NCBI GenBank assembly: GCA_037447605.1
Contig: CM074822.1
Span: 85,492 to 149,491 of the forward strand
DNA length: 64,000 nucleotides
Reading direction: 5' to 3'
Origin: Zygnema circumcarinatum SAG 698-1b
Taxonomy: Eukaryota > Plantae > Zygnematophyceae
The position numbers were made by a program, and so were the translations under genes. The notes under the pieces are model-generated. The model saw only the letters and a list, made by a program, of their open reading frames with translations, had not been told where the DNA came from and ran no database searches. The first letter of the stretch is position 1, and every line of letters begins with the position of its first letter. Shown piece after piece: positions 20,324-35,562 of the stretch.

Positions 20324-22712
20324 ATGGGTTTTGTTGAGGTTCGTACCATCCTCCCATTGCGCTCCTTAACCTTGCGTGTGGTGATGCTTGAATTTGAGTG
20401 AGCGGTTCAGACACAGGATGGACGACCAAACCCTGTCTCTGCAGTTCCTCCCATCTCCCCACCCGCCCCCCCCTCCCCCCCGAGGAGAGCAGCACTTAGT
20501 CGTTTTCTGCCCCTTCCCGACCTATCCCTCCCTCCCTCCCTCCCTCCCTCCCTCCTCCGCAGGTAGCGGCGGATCCTCCGGCGAGTGGCGAGGTCCGTGC
20601 AGGGAACATGCTGAGCATCGTTCAGGAGATGCGCACCCTCAGAGACTCCCTCCCTCCCCGCCCCTCCTCTGCCGCCATTGCGGATGCAGAGAGAGCCATC
20701 TCCGCCATAGAACACCGTCTCATCGACCAGCTCGCTGCAGTAACACAAGGAACGCGGCCGTACGGAGTGCAGCCGGGATGGTTTCTTGCCCTGCAGGCAA
20801 TGCGGGAGGATAGGTGTCGGAGAGATGCAGAAATGGAGAAGAGACCGCACCTCGCAGTGGTGGAGTTAGAGCAGTTTTATCGCCACTATGATTCCATCAT
20901 TGTTCAAGCTGAAAGGGCCATATTCGGAGGGGAAGATGGGCCTACTGGGATTGCTAATAGTCTCCGTGTGGGAGCTGCTCCAAGGATCATCGACTACACT
21001 GAGGGGTCGGAAGGGTCGGTCGTTGCAACAAGGGGGGGTCTATCGACTGGAAATTCTGTGCAGAATTTGGAGGGCAAATCTGTGGGGGAGTCTGTGAGCG
21101 GCACTCCTCGGAGTGTGCTGGCAGAGGGAGCCATTTTTGGGGAGGGGGGAAGTCGGCAGAGTGTTCCTCCTCCCAGGGCGGGAGGGCTCTCTGCAGCTCT
21201 TCGTCAAGGTGGGATATCTCGTGGGGGGTTTACTCCTTCAACTGCTATGCTTTACTGACTCTTTTCTGGGAAACGAGTACAGCTCGTTGTTTGTAGCCGC
21301 TTTGTATCAGTCGTAAAAGACAACTGCTATGCTTTACTGACTCACTTTTTTGGGAAACGACTACAGCTCGTTGTCTGTAGCCGCTCTGTATCAGTCGTAA
21401 AAGAGTGACTTTTAGTGTGAATCTAATGCTCTGTCCCCCCCCCCCCCTTGTGTAGCAGGTTCAGGGTTGCCTGATTTGACCACCATTGAAGAGAACAAAG
21501 ACGGCGACAACCTTCCCCCAAAACTCCTTGCGATGATAGAAGACGCAGTGGTCGATAAGCGCACAGTCTTTGACGTTAGCGAGACCTTCGGCTCGCTGAC
21601 GTGGCTGCCGGAAACTCTCGGAGCACTCGATTCTCTAACGCATCTTAATCTCTCCCAAAACCGTCTCCTTTTCCTGCCCTCCTCTATCGGAAATTTGACG
21701 AATTTGCGGAAGTTGGACTTGCAGGGCAACCAACTCATTACCCTCCCTGAAACCATAGGCAATTTGGAATATCTTGTTCATCTCGATTTCCATGGAAACA
21801 AACTGGACGAGCTGCCTGTTTCAATAGGGGGCTGTGCATCACTGGTAGAGTTGGCAGGGGACTTCAATAATTTGCGGGGGCTGCCCGAGTCTCTCGGGCA
21901 GTGCACAAATTTAGAGAAGGCCAGCTTTGCGCTTAACCAGCTGAAACGTTTGCCCCGAACCATTGGCAATCTCGTCAACTTGACCGAGCTTGACCTGCAC
22001 TATAACCAGTTGGAAGTGCTGCCGGAGGGGTTGTGCAATCTCACGAGTCTCACAACTCTCAACATTGCAGCCCAACACTTCAACCTTCACGAGCTGCCCT
22101 TCAACATCGGCCAATTGCAGAGCCTCACAGAATTCAACATGAGTGAATGCTACATTAAGGTCCTTCCCCCTTCATTTGTGCATCTCACAAACTTGACCAT
22201 CCTAAAGCTTGACGGCAACCCTTTCACAGACCCTCCACTCGACGTCGCCTCTCAAGGAAGAGAGGTAAGCCTTCATGACCCGTTAAATCCTTCCAACTCT
22301 CTCGCAATCTGCTCTGCGAACATGCAGTCGTCCGAATGTGTACCATTGACCATTCCTCTCTAGGGAATTATACTTATGATTATGATTATGATTTGTTTTG
22401 CTTCCTCTGCAGGCAGTGATGGAGTATCTCCAGTTGAAGGCGAGCCGATCGGACGGCAGCCGTGGCAGCAAAGGGTTACAGGCACGTGATATAGAGATAA
22501 AGTCAGGGCTACGCCGCTTTTTCCATAAGGGCAGTCCGGGGGGTGCCCCCTCCATTATCGGCCGCAGAAAAAGTGGACCCTCTTCTGTTGGCAGTGGCGG
22601 TTTCTTCCTCGGCTCTATGGGAAGTGCAGGAGGAGGAGGAGGAGGGTTTTTCAAGTCTCAGGGTTCAGAGCATTCGGATACGCTCTCTGATAGTCACTCT
22701 CCGCCATCCTGA
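20324..22712 (+). CDS. PIRL: Plant intracellular Ras-group-related LRR protein (PIRL1/2/3/9-like N-terminus)
   Basis: N-terminal PRPSSAAIADAERAISAIEHRL..REDRCRRDAEMEKR..VVELEQFYRHYDSII. About 9 LRRs of the LxxLPxSIGNLxNLxxLDLxxNQL type (21467-22267), ending LKLDGNPFTDPPLDVASQGRE | AVMEYL. The start at 20324 (MGFVE|VAAD) is inferred from splice sites. Confidence 0.88.
21239..21404. repeat. Tandem duplication of an ~82-bp unit in a PIRL intron
   Basis: 21239-21320 and 21321-21404 (CAACTGCTATGCTTTACTGACT..CAGTCGTAAAAGA) differ at only a few positions. Confidence 0.92.
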
Positions 22713-23834
22713 GCTGTCCTGCTGTGTGGCAGGGATGCGTTGGTCCATCAAACTGTGAGTTGTAAGCTCCATTCATCTAATGCTTCTTTGACAAGAAAAT
22801 GAAGATCAGGAAAGTGGAAGTTTGTAGTCGCTCTGCTGCAGCAGACTCAGATAGAAGAGGCAAGGCTTGTGGAAGCGGGTAGGCATATTTTCCGTGCCTG
22901 CCTTTCGATATGTGGTAACGACCAAGAAAGGAGGGACACATGGACTTTATGCGTGCATGCCGTAAAGCAAATAATGAAGGGGAGTTATTTTTCGAAAACG
23001 TTTGAGTTACTTTAGAGAATGACCATTTTATGCAGGTTTTATCCGCGGAGCACTTTTGAAGAAACTACTGAGATAGATGAAGGTCTCGGTGGTGGGAAGT
23101 TGTTGACAGTCTGGGAATGAAATGTATTGTCTTTATATTTTCAGCGTTGTGCAATCCACCTCTGATTGCATGGGGGCTAATCAACAATGTAAAGCTTATG
23201 CTGAGTCGGCTCCACGTGTTTTTGGGTTTTGCAGAAAGAGGAAAAAATTTCAGGGAGTCTTCAATCGTATCCGCGAATGCTCGAACATTCATATTTTCCG
23301 TGTGCCCAAATCAGCGCCCACCTCGTTCATGGAACACGAGGAGAATGATTTTAGGGTTGAGGAGCGCTGCAGCCGGTGTGGTGATGATGGACATGTTTCC
23401 GACTCGACTTTAACGGAAACAACCTCATTGACTATAGGCTATAGATGTCTGGTCTGAGGGGTTGGTATAGAGGTGGTATGCAGATAATCTTTAGAAAAGA
23501 AGAGGAAGTGGCTTTAGAAAAGACTGTAAGTGCCTCAAATAAGATCTCTTTAGGTTTGTAAATTTCCACAGGGCTGTTCTTTTTAATCAGCGGGTTTAAA
23601 ACTGAGAGTATATATCGGCATTGACATTGCTATTTCGGTCGTTGTTATGAGTTTTGTCCTCTGTAGGCCCTCTCTCTCATGGTAAGACACAATGGAGCCT
23701 CGACAATTATGTCCATGTTGATCACGAGCCAGAAATGGTTGTCATTGCAATGAAAGGCTTTGCACTGTTTCACCACTCACACGAACACGCGCGTTGTCGC
23801 AGGGGCTGACCTCCCTTTCTTGACTGCAGCATCT

Positions 23835-24045
23835 CTCCCTCCCCTCCCCCTCCCCTCCCCCTCCCCCTCCCCCTCCCCTCCCCCTCCCCCTCCCCTCCCC
23901 CTCCCCCTCCCCCTCCCCCTCCCCCTCCCCTCCCCCTCCCCCCCCTCCCCTCCCCTCCCCTCCCCCTCCCCCTCCCCTCCCCCTCCCCCTCCCCCTCCCC
24001 TCCCCCTCCCCCTCCCCTCCCCTCCCCTCCCCTCCCCTCCCCTTC
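23835..24045. repeat. (CCCCCT/CCCCT)n tract
   Basis: Direct sequence. Confidence 0.97.
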
Positions 24046-24145
24046 GCTTGCTCTGCCCTCCGCCCTCTTCTGCAGCCTCGCGCGTGCGAAGGTCTCTCCC
24101 TCCCCCTTCATCGCCGCCCGCCGCCGTCCACATCCTCCCGCCCGC

Positions 24146-24395
24146 CGTACCGTACATTGTATTGCCGTACATTTTGATGTACTGTGCCGTACAATTCCAG
24201 GCAGTTTCTTGTCGTACTGTCAGCGAAGTCAACGCCGGCGAGGTCGGCGGCGGATTGGTCGGTGTTCACGCCACTGTTAGAGAAGCAGTACTCTTATAAC
24301 GGCGCAGCACCAGCTATAAAGAGTACTGCCTTTGATACATCCGAACGGTATCCCTCTCTGCAGTACAGTAGCACTGTGCCGTTTTTGTCCGTACC
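24146..24395. promoter_or_regulatory. Promoter-like GTAC cluster with a TATA-like element; no recognised gene attached
   Basis: Ten GTAC cores in 248 bp (about 1 expected by chance), TGCCGTACA twice, and TATAAA at 24315-24320. Confidence 0.55.
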
Positions 24396-24960
24396 TGCCG
24401 CCCGTCTGAGGCGTCCCCCTCGCGGGGCGGGGCGGCAGCCATGGCCATCATCCATGGCGGTCTTTCACGCACGGCCCAGTGCGCTTGCGGCTTGAACGGC
24501 ATGGAGGAGCATGGCGAGCATCGCTTTGGATCGACATGGACATGGACATGGACATGGCCTCGGGCGACGAGTGGACAGATCCAAGAAAAACTTCAAGGAG
24601 AGCACCCAAACCGACCATGAAAGCGCGCTGCCGGCAGACATTCCAGTTGCAGGTCATGAGAAACAGAACTAAGTCACGGAACAGTCTCCCGGGCAGAACA
24701 CCACCAAACAGAGGAAACTCGCGTGCGGCTTGTCTTGTCTCCTTGCCTGCCTTTCTTTCATTCACTCAAGAGATGCCTTTGATTTTTTTCAAAGGCTGTG
24801 AACAGGACGGGGAAGGTGCACCAACAGCCACTGCGTCACGGGGAACTCCTCGAGGAGTGCTTTAGAAGGTGGAAGTGTCTTGTAGGGAGAGGACGTTTGT
24901 AGTGGTCAGTGTTGTCAGGCGGTTCTCCTAGTTCCGGCGGGAGAAGGACCTGTCGGCCCC

Positions 24961-28186
<3,226 letters not shown>

Positions 28187-28327
28187 GCCCAAAGCAACGC
28201 AGAGCTTGAGTTTGACAGCCCTGCCATGGGGCCAAAGGATTTTTACGCGAGCATCCCTTAACGAACGGGCCATTGGATGGTGGCGGTAGCGATCGACTGA
28301 CATCACCTCAAGTGTGAAGAGCACATC

Positions 28328-29821
28328 TCACCTCAAATCTACATCTGAAGCGCGTTCCAAAAGGAGGCCCATTTTCAGGAAGGAACAACTCACGAGTCTG
28401 AAACCTGCGACGATGGAGATGCCTAAAAGGGCTATAACGATGTACTTCCCGCCGGCTCGTGAGAGTTCCTGCCGGCGACAAAGCGCAAAAGCAATCTGCA
28501 TGAACGAGATGAACAGAACTACATTCTGGACCTCAAGATCGGCGGTCGACAGCGGGGGGTTCAAAAAACCAATTCTGCGGCAAGCAAACTACGACCTTGC
28601 CGTACCTCTAGAGTCAAAATTTTAGGTGCAAACTTAAAGTGGTCATTTCTTGGGGTCAATCAACTTGCGTATGATAAGCAAGCCAAAAAACGGGGCCTCT
28701 CAACACATAGCAATAGTCCGCAGTCTTCATCGACAGAGGAAATTTCATAACCCCTAAAACCTCTCCACTCCTCCTCCTCCCTCCTCTCCCTCCCCTCTCC
28801 CTCTCCTCCCTCCTCCAAAGCCAGAGCCGGGCAGCACCCACATCCCCAGCAGCATCTCAAATGAGTCTCGAATCCGAACGCTACTAAAGAGGGCCGGATT
28901 GCAAGTGAAAAATTTCGAACTTGCGCTTACGCAGCGCAAGTGGGAGCGAACTTTGAGAAAAGTTAGCATATCAAAAAGAAAAGAAAAAAATTTCCTCATT
29001 TCTTTGCGGGTCAAACCATCCAATGGCGTCCAGCACTGCTTTGCGCTCCGCCGCTATTCGTGTACTAAGAGGTAACGATAAAGATGGAGCATCCGCCGGT
29101 TCAGCATCAGGGCCCCCCTCCCCGTCTTGTTCCCCCAATTGCACATCCCTCGCCGCCATGGCCGCGAGCACCTCCTCAGTTAGAGGAGGCTGCCCTCCTT
29201 GCGGGCCTTCCTCTCCATACTCGCCCAGCACTAACTCTATTTCCTGCCTTTGCAGAATTCTGGCAAGCGCAGTAGCGATGTCATCCTCTCGCACATTCTG
29301 TGCGGCCTCGCCGCACACCTCGCACTTGGCTTCGCCTCGCGCCAAAAACCACTTTAAAGCGCACGCATGATGCGCAACAGCGCTTTCCGAATTACAAGCA
29401 CAACCTAATTCGAAGAGCGACTCTCTATCGTCTGAATCGCCAACTAAGATACCTTCCCTCGTTCCAAATCCATCCCTTCTTTTGCGCCAGTTTAAGCTGT
29501 TGATCTCTCTGAAGCCGCAGCATCCCCTCCCTTGGCTTCAGGGACGCAAGGAAGCGAGTACGGCTCTTGTGTGCAGATCCCAAGAGCGCGGAGAGCGCGT
29601 GCGCCCTCAGGGTCGACTTCGGAGCAGAGGCAAATGCGGCATACGGGCGTCCGCCCGGAGGAGAAGTAGCGTCTGAAGGAAAGCACGAGGGAATGAAGGC
29701 TTGCAGCCAGTGAAGAAGAAGATCCTCCAGAGAGGGAGGAAGGCAGGGAGGGTCCGTTGGTCGCCATGGCCGTGGCTCCTCCAGAGAGGGCGGGCGGCAG
29801 GCCGGGCCCGTCGGCCGCCAT
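28328..29821 (-). CDS. RING-CH (RINGv/MARCH-type) E3 ligase-like gene with a C-terminal hydrophobic region; structure unresolved, possibly frameshifted
   Basis: VCRICLC (ORF 29492..29821), then in another frame ELGCACNSESAVAHHACALKWFLARGEAKCEVCG, giving C-x2-C..C-x-C-x7-H-x2-C..C-x2-C. This is followed by ..AIGWFDP and two hydrophobic segments at 28328-28564. Confidence 0.65.
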
Positions 29822-30370
29822 GGCCGCGGCAAATCCGGCGACCTCTTCGCGCCGCCTCGCCCGGACCTAGGGAGCGCGCCCTTCTCCTTTCGCGCCGTAC
29901 GGATCGTACCATGGCGTGTCGTATTGGACCTTCGAAGTCAAAGCTAGACGGTTCAGCGTTGCCAGTTTAATCGCAGTTGGACGGGCAGTTAGTTATTCGC
30001 TAGTTCAACAGGGAGCAATGCAGAAGCAGTACTCTTTTTTCCCCAGATTGCCTTCTTCAAAAGAGAACTCATTCTGATATTTGAGTGACGACAGTATTTC
30101 GCAGTTCTACTGGCGGTTGTCCGAGTGCTCTGAGCCTTCCGCCAATTCGATACCAGAACGAGTACCTCGGAGAAGGCACGATCCCCCGCAGGAGAGTCAT
30201 CGTATCGAGGCAAGCAGGTCGAGAAATTGAACAACCTTCTCCTCCTTCTGCTTCGAGGGAGGGCTTGAAGCGTTGTTGCGCCTAGGCGTAGTTTTCCGCT
30301 CCTCGCTTTTTCCTTTTGGGCTTAGGTCCTCTGCGCCCAGTTCCTCGTGGTTCCCGTGCTGCTTTTGTCC

Positions 30371-30410
30371 ATGTACATTTGATGGCATCGCCATCGTGAG
30401 TTCAATGCCA
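30371..30410 (-). repeat. Dispersed 40-bp motif, copy B
   Basis: Reverse strand reads TGGCATTGAACTCACGATGGCGATGCCATCAAATGTACAT; 34/40 identical to both A and C, with weaker similarity to C for a further ~50 bp. Confidence 0.85.
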
Positions 30411-31313
30411 CTTCTTTTCTTCAATTTTTGTCAATGTATTTCAAACCCCCGGGACTGGGGGCTCCCCTTTTCTTAACGATAAGTTCAAGCGCTTTAGCAG
30501 CCACCCGTGTGAAGGTCAGGCATGTCTTGGAGTGGAGGAGGCACCGCAACCACAACCACAACCACAACCACAACAACACATCGACATTTGAAATGCATAA
30601 GAAAAACATTTGGATCCCCGCCAACCGTCCATCCCCACATTTCTGTTGATGCAAAATAATCACATTCCAGAGTTCTTGAGCTTGTGAGAATTCCTTCGTA
30701 CACGGCCCTCTCCCGAAACCCAGCAAGCTCTGACTGCTACTCCCTGCCGCTGCTGACGACCCCACCCACATGCTGCCCAATAAAGCAGCGGATCGCTTTT
30801 GACTCGTCTGCCAGTTGCAGCTACAACCGCAGGGAGAAGCCTGAAGGGGCCAAAGTCTCGAGCTTCCATGGCGCACCAAAGTAGCTGCTGCTTTAATAAA
30901 GAATTACCAGAGAATAAAAAACGCCTACAGGTTCAAGTTCGAGGCAAGTCGTCACCAACGGCGCTGGAGTTGCAACGTGTGCCACTCGAAAAAATGTGTT
31001 CGTCAAGATGATGAACTACTACTCCACGTGCAGAGGCTCAATAAAAAAAACTTAGCGTGCTGAACAAGGACTCGTTTCACACGTCTCAAATAAATTTCTG
31101 GCACTCTCTGCCAGTCCGACTGATGGAGGTCAAATGCCGTGGCACTGTAGAAGAAGCTGTACATGCAGGCCAAGCCAAGCCAAGAGAGGTGCCGATATTG
31201 AAGAGGACTCTGAGCCTTCCGGCGAGAGAGGGAGGGAGGGAGGGAGGATCGCTGCAACACTCAAATTGGGTCTCCTCCTAATTGAGCAGTTTTTTTGCAT
31301 GACCGGCCGGTCA

Positions 31314-34300
31314 TCACCAGAGATGGCGGCGGCAGTCAGCCACCTTCGCATGGCCAGTGACGAGCGGCATTCTGCCAAGTATTGAGGCGAAGTCGTTGAG
31401 GCACGTCGACCTCCTTTGCCAGTGGTTTCCATGGCTGCTAATGCCCGAACTACCAAAATCCTGAAATTTCCCTGTTCACAAACATCCACTTCAAATGTGG
31501 GTCAACAGATGATCGAAGTTGCCAATACAGAAAGGAGCACAGCACACTCGCAACTAACCCTACATGAGAATGCCAGTATGCATCACCTTTCTAGACATAA
31601 GAAACAACCAAAACCACTACCACCCATCAACATGTGATAACAAAAACTCATGGGATGAGTAATGAACACATCTTTCTCGACAAACAAACCTCAGAAAGAG
31701 ACACGGAGTGGTGGGAGTAAAGATAAGGTGAAGCCGTACCTTGCACCCAAACAGGCGGAGCTTCTGTAACGTTGGCCACAAGCATTGACATTGCAATGTC
31801 CTCACAGTTTCTGTAAGAGATCACGGGCACCCGAACAGCAGAATGCCGAAGTCAATGTCTATTCTCAAGTTCATATATTTGACATCTCAGCTGGTCTATG
31901 GATGGGTACAATGGTTTTGTCTGCCGTTCTTTCCCACCATCTACTCCTCAACTAACGCAGGCCACCACCAACAACTTACAGAGCTGCGGTCATGTCGACC
32001 TCTCCATCACCACTTGTGTGCAAATGGCATATCAGTTCTTTCCAAGCTAATCTATGAAGTTCGTCTCTTTTCTCTCGAACTCCCACAAAACCAAAAGAGC
32101 ACGTGACCAAAGCAGCAAGACGACGCAAAACGGCAATCACGCTTGCGGTTCAAGTCGTTACCTATTCTTGGTCACGTAGTCTCGTATCGATTGCGGCATC
32201 TCATTAGTATAAATCGAAAAGTATTTGTGGTGAATGAATGCCGCCTTGGAAAGCACCATGGAATATGTCCCGTGCCACCAAATATACCACCAACCGCCAT
32301 AGCCATATTTCCCTGTTTCTGAATCGTCCCCTACCCTCTGCATACCAACCAAAGCAAGAACAGTTCCAATCAGGACCCCCAATAGAGCAAGCGAGCGAGT
32401 GAAACACCCGCTTACACAGCCATGCACGTGCATGCAGCTTTATGTTTCTAGCCATCAAGAGGCCTCTACATAACGTACGATCTGAACATTCAAAAGTCAG
32501 GACAGGAGCAAAACGGAAACGAAACTGAAAGCGTAACTGAGACAGTTCTACGGAGGCAGAGTGTCGTCAGTTATGTGAAGACATAGGAGGTAACTTCAAA
32601 AACTCACCGACGGAGCAGTTAGCATGTGAGTCCTTGGAACGAACCCAACCATTGCGTCCCGGGAAGCCCTCCAAACGGCGAAAGCGAGTTCAAGACTCGG
32701 ACAGGAAACGAGAACATCATCATCTACAGAAAAGACTGCATCTGTGCGCAAGCCTTCAAGGGGTTTCATGCGGCTGTTTAAACTATTCTCGGTACGAATG
32801 TCGTAAATAACTTCAATGTCCTTTTTCCGGGGAGCTACTCCTGCCGCAATGGCTGCCTTCAGCTTCTTCGGCGGCTCTGCGGATTCACTCCATACAACTC
32901 GAATGGAATCAAGGTTGTTGCATGCTGCATAGTGGCTCACACACTTCACTAACAGATCATGGCGTTTCCATGTGTTTACAAGAATAGTATAGTTTTCACT
33001 GCAAGGCACAGAAAGGGAAAAAAAAAAAGGGGGGAACCAAGAAAGGATAATTCATCACTAAAAGTCATTGACATAAATTTCTGTTCGTTGAGGACAACGC
33101 AGCACTGAATACATCCTGCCTTGCAAGCATGAAGACTTCCATAACGGAAAAAAAAAGGACAAGTGGAGCAATTTAGATTGAAATGCCTTACGTGTAATAA
33201 CTAAAGAGCATCGGTTTAGGACATAGGTTTACAATTGCTGTCCACAGGTTCAAGAAATAATGGTTGAGGACTTGCGCTCAGTATACAAAGCCCTAACCAA
33301 TTTTCCCCAACTAAGCGAATTTTTACGTGCACAATTGGAAAAATTCCTTCCAAAGCAAAAATTAACGAATTGCGAAATCTACTAAGCGACAGCAACGGTT
33401 CACATTTTCGTGATTTACCTCATGATCAAAAAAATGCCTGCGCTCACGACGGACGGCTATACCGAGTTTCATACAGCAAACAGGTGTTTCGGGAAAATAG
33501 CTTTCCGAGATTCCTATCGCGCCGGTAAGCCTTCGACTATGGTGATTAATAAATGCAGAAACATAGAGTTGAAGAATTTCTGCTTATCATGGCTGACAAC
33601 GACCAATGCTGACAACAGCTTCTGACCCACAATCACTTCCCGCGGTATGGTATGTTTTACAGCGTAACCAGCCAACCAATTTCGGGGTTTCATACGACTG
33701 GGGCAACTATGCGAACCGTCTGGCAGACGTTTAAAAGAACCACGAGGAAGCAACACACTCGACGCCAAGACAAAGGAATCACTATGAAAAAATGATCTGA
33801 GACCAGCTTTGGCTGTCTTTCAAACAAGCTGAGTGAGGATGAGGGTGAAGGAGCCGAAATTAACTCATGAACTGGTGGCAAATTTACTGGTAATCAAAAA
33901 CAACTCACCATCTCCAAAGTAACGTGCTATAGGGGAAGCAATCAGCTTCAGCCTGCTCCTCTTATCCTAAGCAAAAAGAGTCTTCAGAGTCATCCTTGAT
34001 CAATGAGTTGATTTCAAAACGATTCACTAACAGTGGGGGAAAACGAAAGGGAGTCCTTTTTTAAACCGCTTACAGGCTACCTACTTCGAGCCAGTCACGC
34101 GGCCAAATGCTCTATCATCGTCCTTCCCCCTCTGCTTACTGTACTTCAAACTTTCAGATCTGTTCAACCACCGCACATAGCTCATCTCCATGCTCAGCAA
34201 CCAGTCCTGGTTGGTAAGAAGTCAGAGTGTGTCGAACTCTTACCTAGGCTCCACAGGGGGCGGAAGCGTCCAGCCTTGCGACACAACCACGCGGATGCTC

Positions 34301-34467
34301 GCCGAGCACGCCGCAAAGAGCAGAATGACTAAGAATAGAACCGACAGCAGCCTCCGCTGCTCAACGCGCGCCACCATCTGCACGAGAGGGTGCCGCAGCC
34401 AGATGCTGCGTTCCAGCAGCGACGCCTTCATCGCGGAGTCCTTCGCTTTCAGAGGTTCCCACAGCAT
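31314..34467 (-). CDS. EPC1: Glycosyltransferase family 64, EPC1-like (type II membrane protein, 5 exons)
   Basis: TM anchor VLFLVILLFAACSASI; YTILVNTWKRHDLL..VVWSE..NSLNSRMKPLEGLRTDAVFSVDDDV..AFAVW..MVGFVPRTH | YGGWWYIWWHGTYSMVLSKAAFIHHKY..YVTKNR | NCEDIAMSMLVAN..PPVWVQG | KFQDFGSSGISSHGNHWQRRSTCLNDF..GRMPLV..HLW-stop. The last exon (31314-31471) is not in the ORF track and was translated by hand. Confidence 0.94.
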
Positions 34468-35032
34468 GACCCCCCCCCCCTTCCCCGCCTAGCCCCGAAT
34501 CTGCAGATTCCTTTCAACCTTCAAACCTTCAAACCACCTCCCGCCTTGAGGAGCAAATCCGTCCCGCAACAAAGCTCAATCCTCCCCTCAACCCTCACAC
34601 ATGCCACCTCCACTCCTCCTCTCCCTCTCCCTCTCCCTCTCCCTCTCCCTCCCTCTCCCTCCCTCTCCCTCCCTCCCTCCCTCCCTCCCTCCCTCCCTCT
34701 CCCTCCCCTTGCGAACTGTCTCAGTCGCGCACAGAGAGGCAGAGGCCTTTTCCCTCCCTCCCAGGAGACGGCGGCATCAAAGGTGCGCCGCCCACATGGG
34801 CCGGTCAACGGCAGTCTGCTTGCCCATGCGCGTTGCCCAGGAGGAAGCAGCCCCCACCAGGCCCTGCCCGCGCGAGCCGCCCATCGGGCCATGTCCCCCC
34901 CCTGCCCGGCCGGCCGAGCCTGCCTGACACCGCCCGCCCGGATCTGCTGCAGGCCCCGGCACCCCCGCCCTCCGCAGTCTGCGCTCTGCGGCCAATGAGA
35001 TCACGCCAAGTCAGCACATATCGAAACGCGCT

Positions 35033-35195
35033 ACCGTACAGTACTCTGATTGCCGTACAATATCATACGGTCCTTTTTCTCGTACGAACGTACGGACGGT
35101 ATAGCCGTCCGCGGGCCCCACCGCCTCCGGCGTCCCAAATTGATAATCCAATGACGATCCGCCACGTCTGCAAAAATCTAGAGAGGCGCCACGTA
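35033..35195. promoter_or_regulatory. GT64/RKD divergent promoter: GTAC cluster, CCAAT and GCCACGT boxes
   Basis: Five GTAC in 35033-35095 including TTGCCGTACAA; GCCACGT at about 35161 and 35187. Confidence 0.55.
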
Positions 35196-35562
35196 TCCTT
35201 CAGAGAGAGGGGCCCAGTGGGCTCTACCGCGGTATAGGAGCTATGGGGTTGGGGGACCTTGGTTTGTCTGTCCAACAGGACGGCGAACAGAACGGCTTCA
35301 TATGCGGGGCAGTCGCTGCTGCAACACGGAACGGCGGGCGCGTTCGCACGTGTGAGCCGCGAGGAAGGCCGGGGAGACGAGGCGGGCGGGCCGAGGGGGC
35401 GGTGGGGTGGAAACGCCCGCTCGCCCGGGGAGAGGGGGCGGGGGGCGCTCGCTCTCATAGCCATGGCCATGGCCGGGGCCGGGGGAGGGGAGGGGAGGGG
35501 GAGGGGGAGGAGAAGGTGCATGTGCTCCCGTTGGGGAGGCATTGGCGGCAGGGGCGCGGCAA

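Noticed and set aside
33010-34239. Short ORFs in the long GT64 intron 1 and in the TBC intron (40739-41116) as possible TE relics
   Set aside because: No RT, integrase or transposase motifs are recognisable in any frame.
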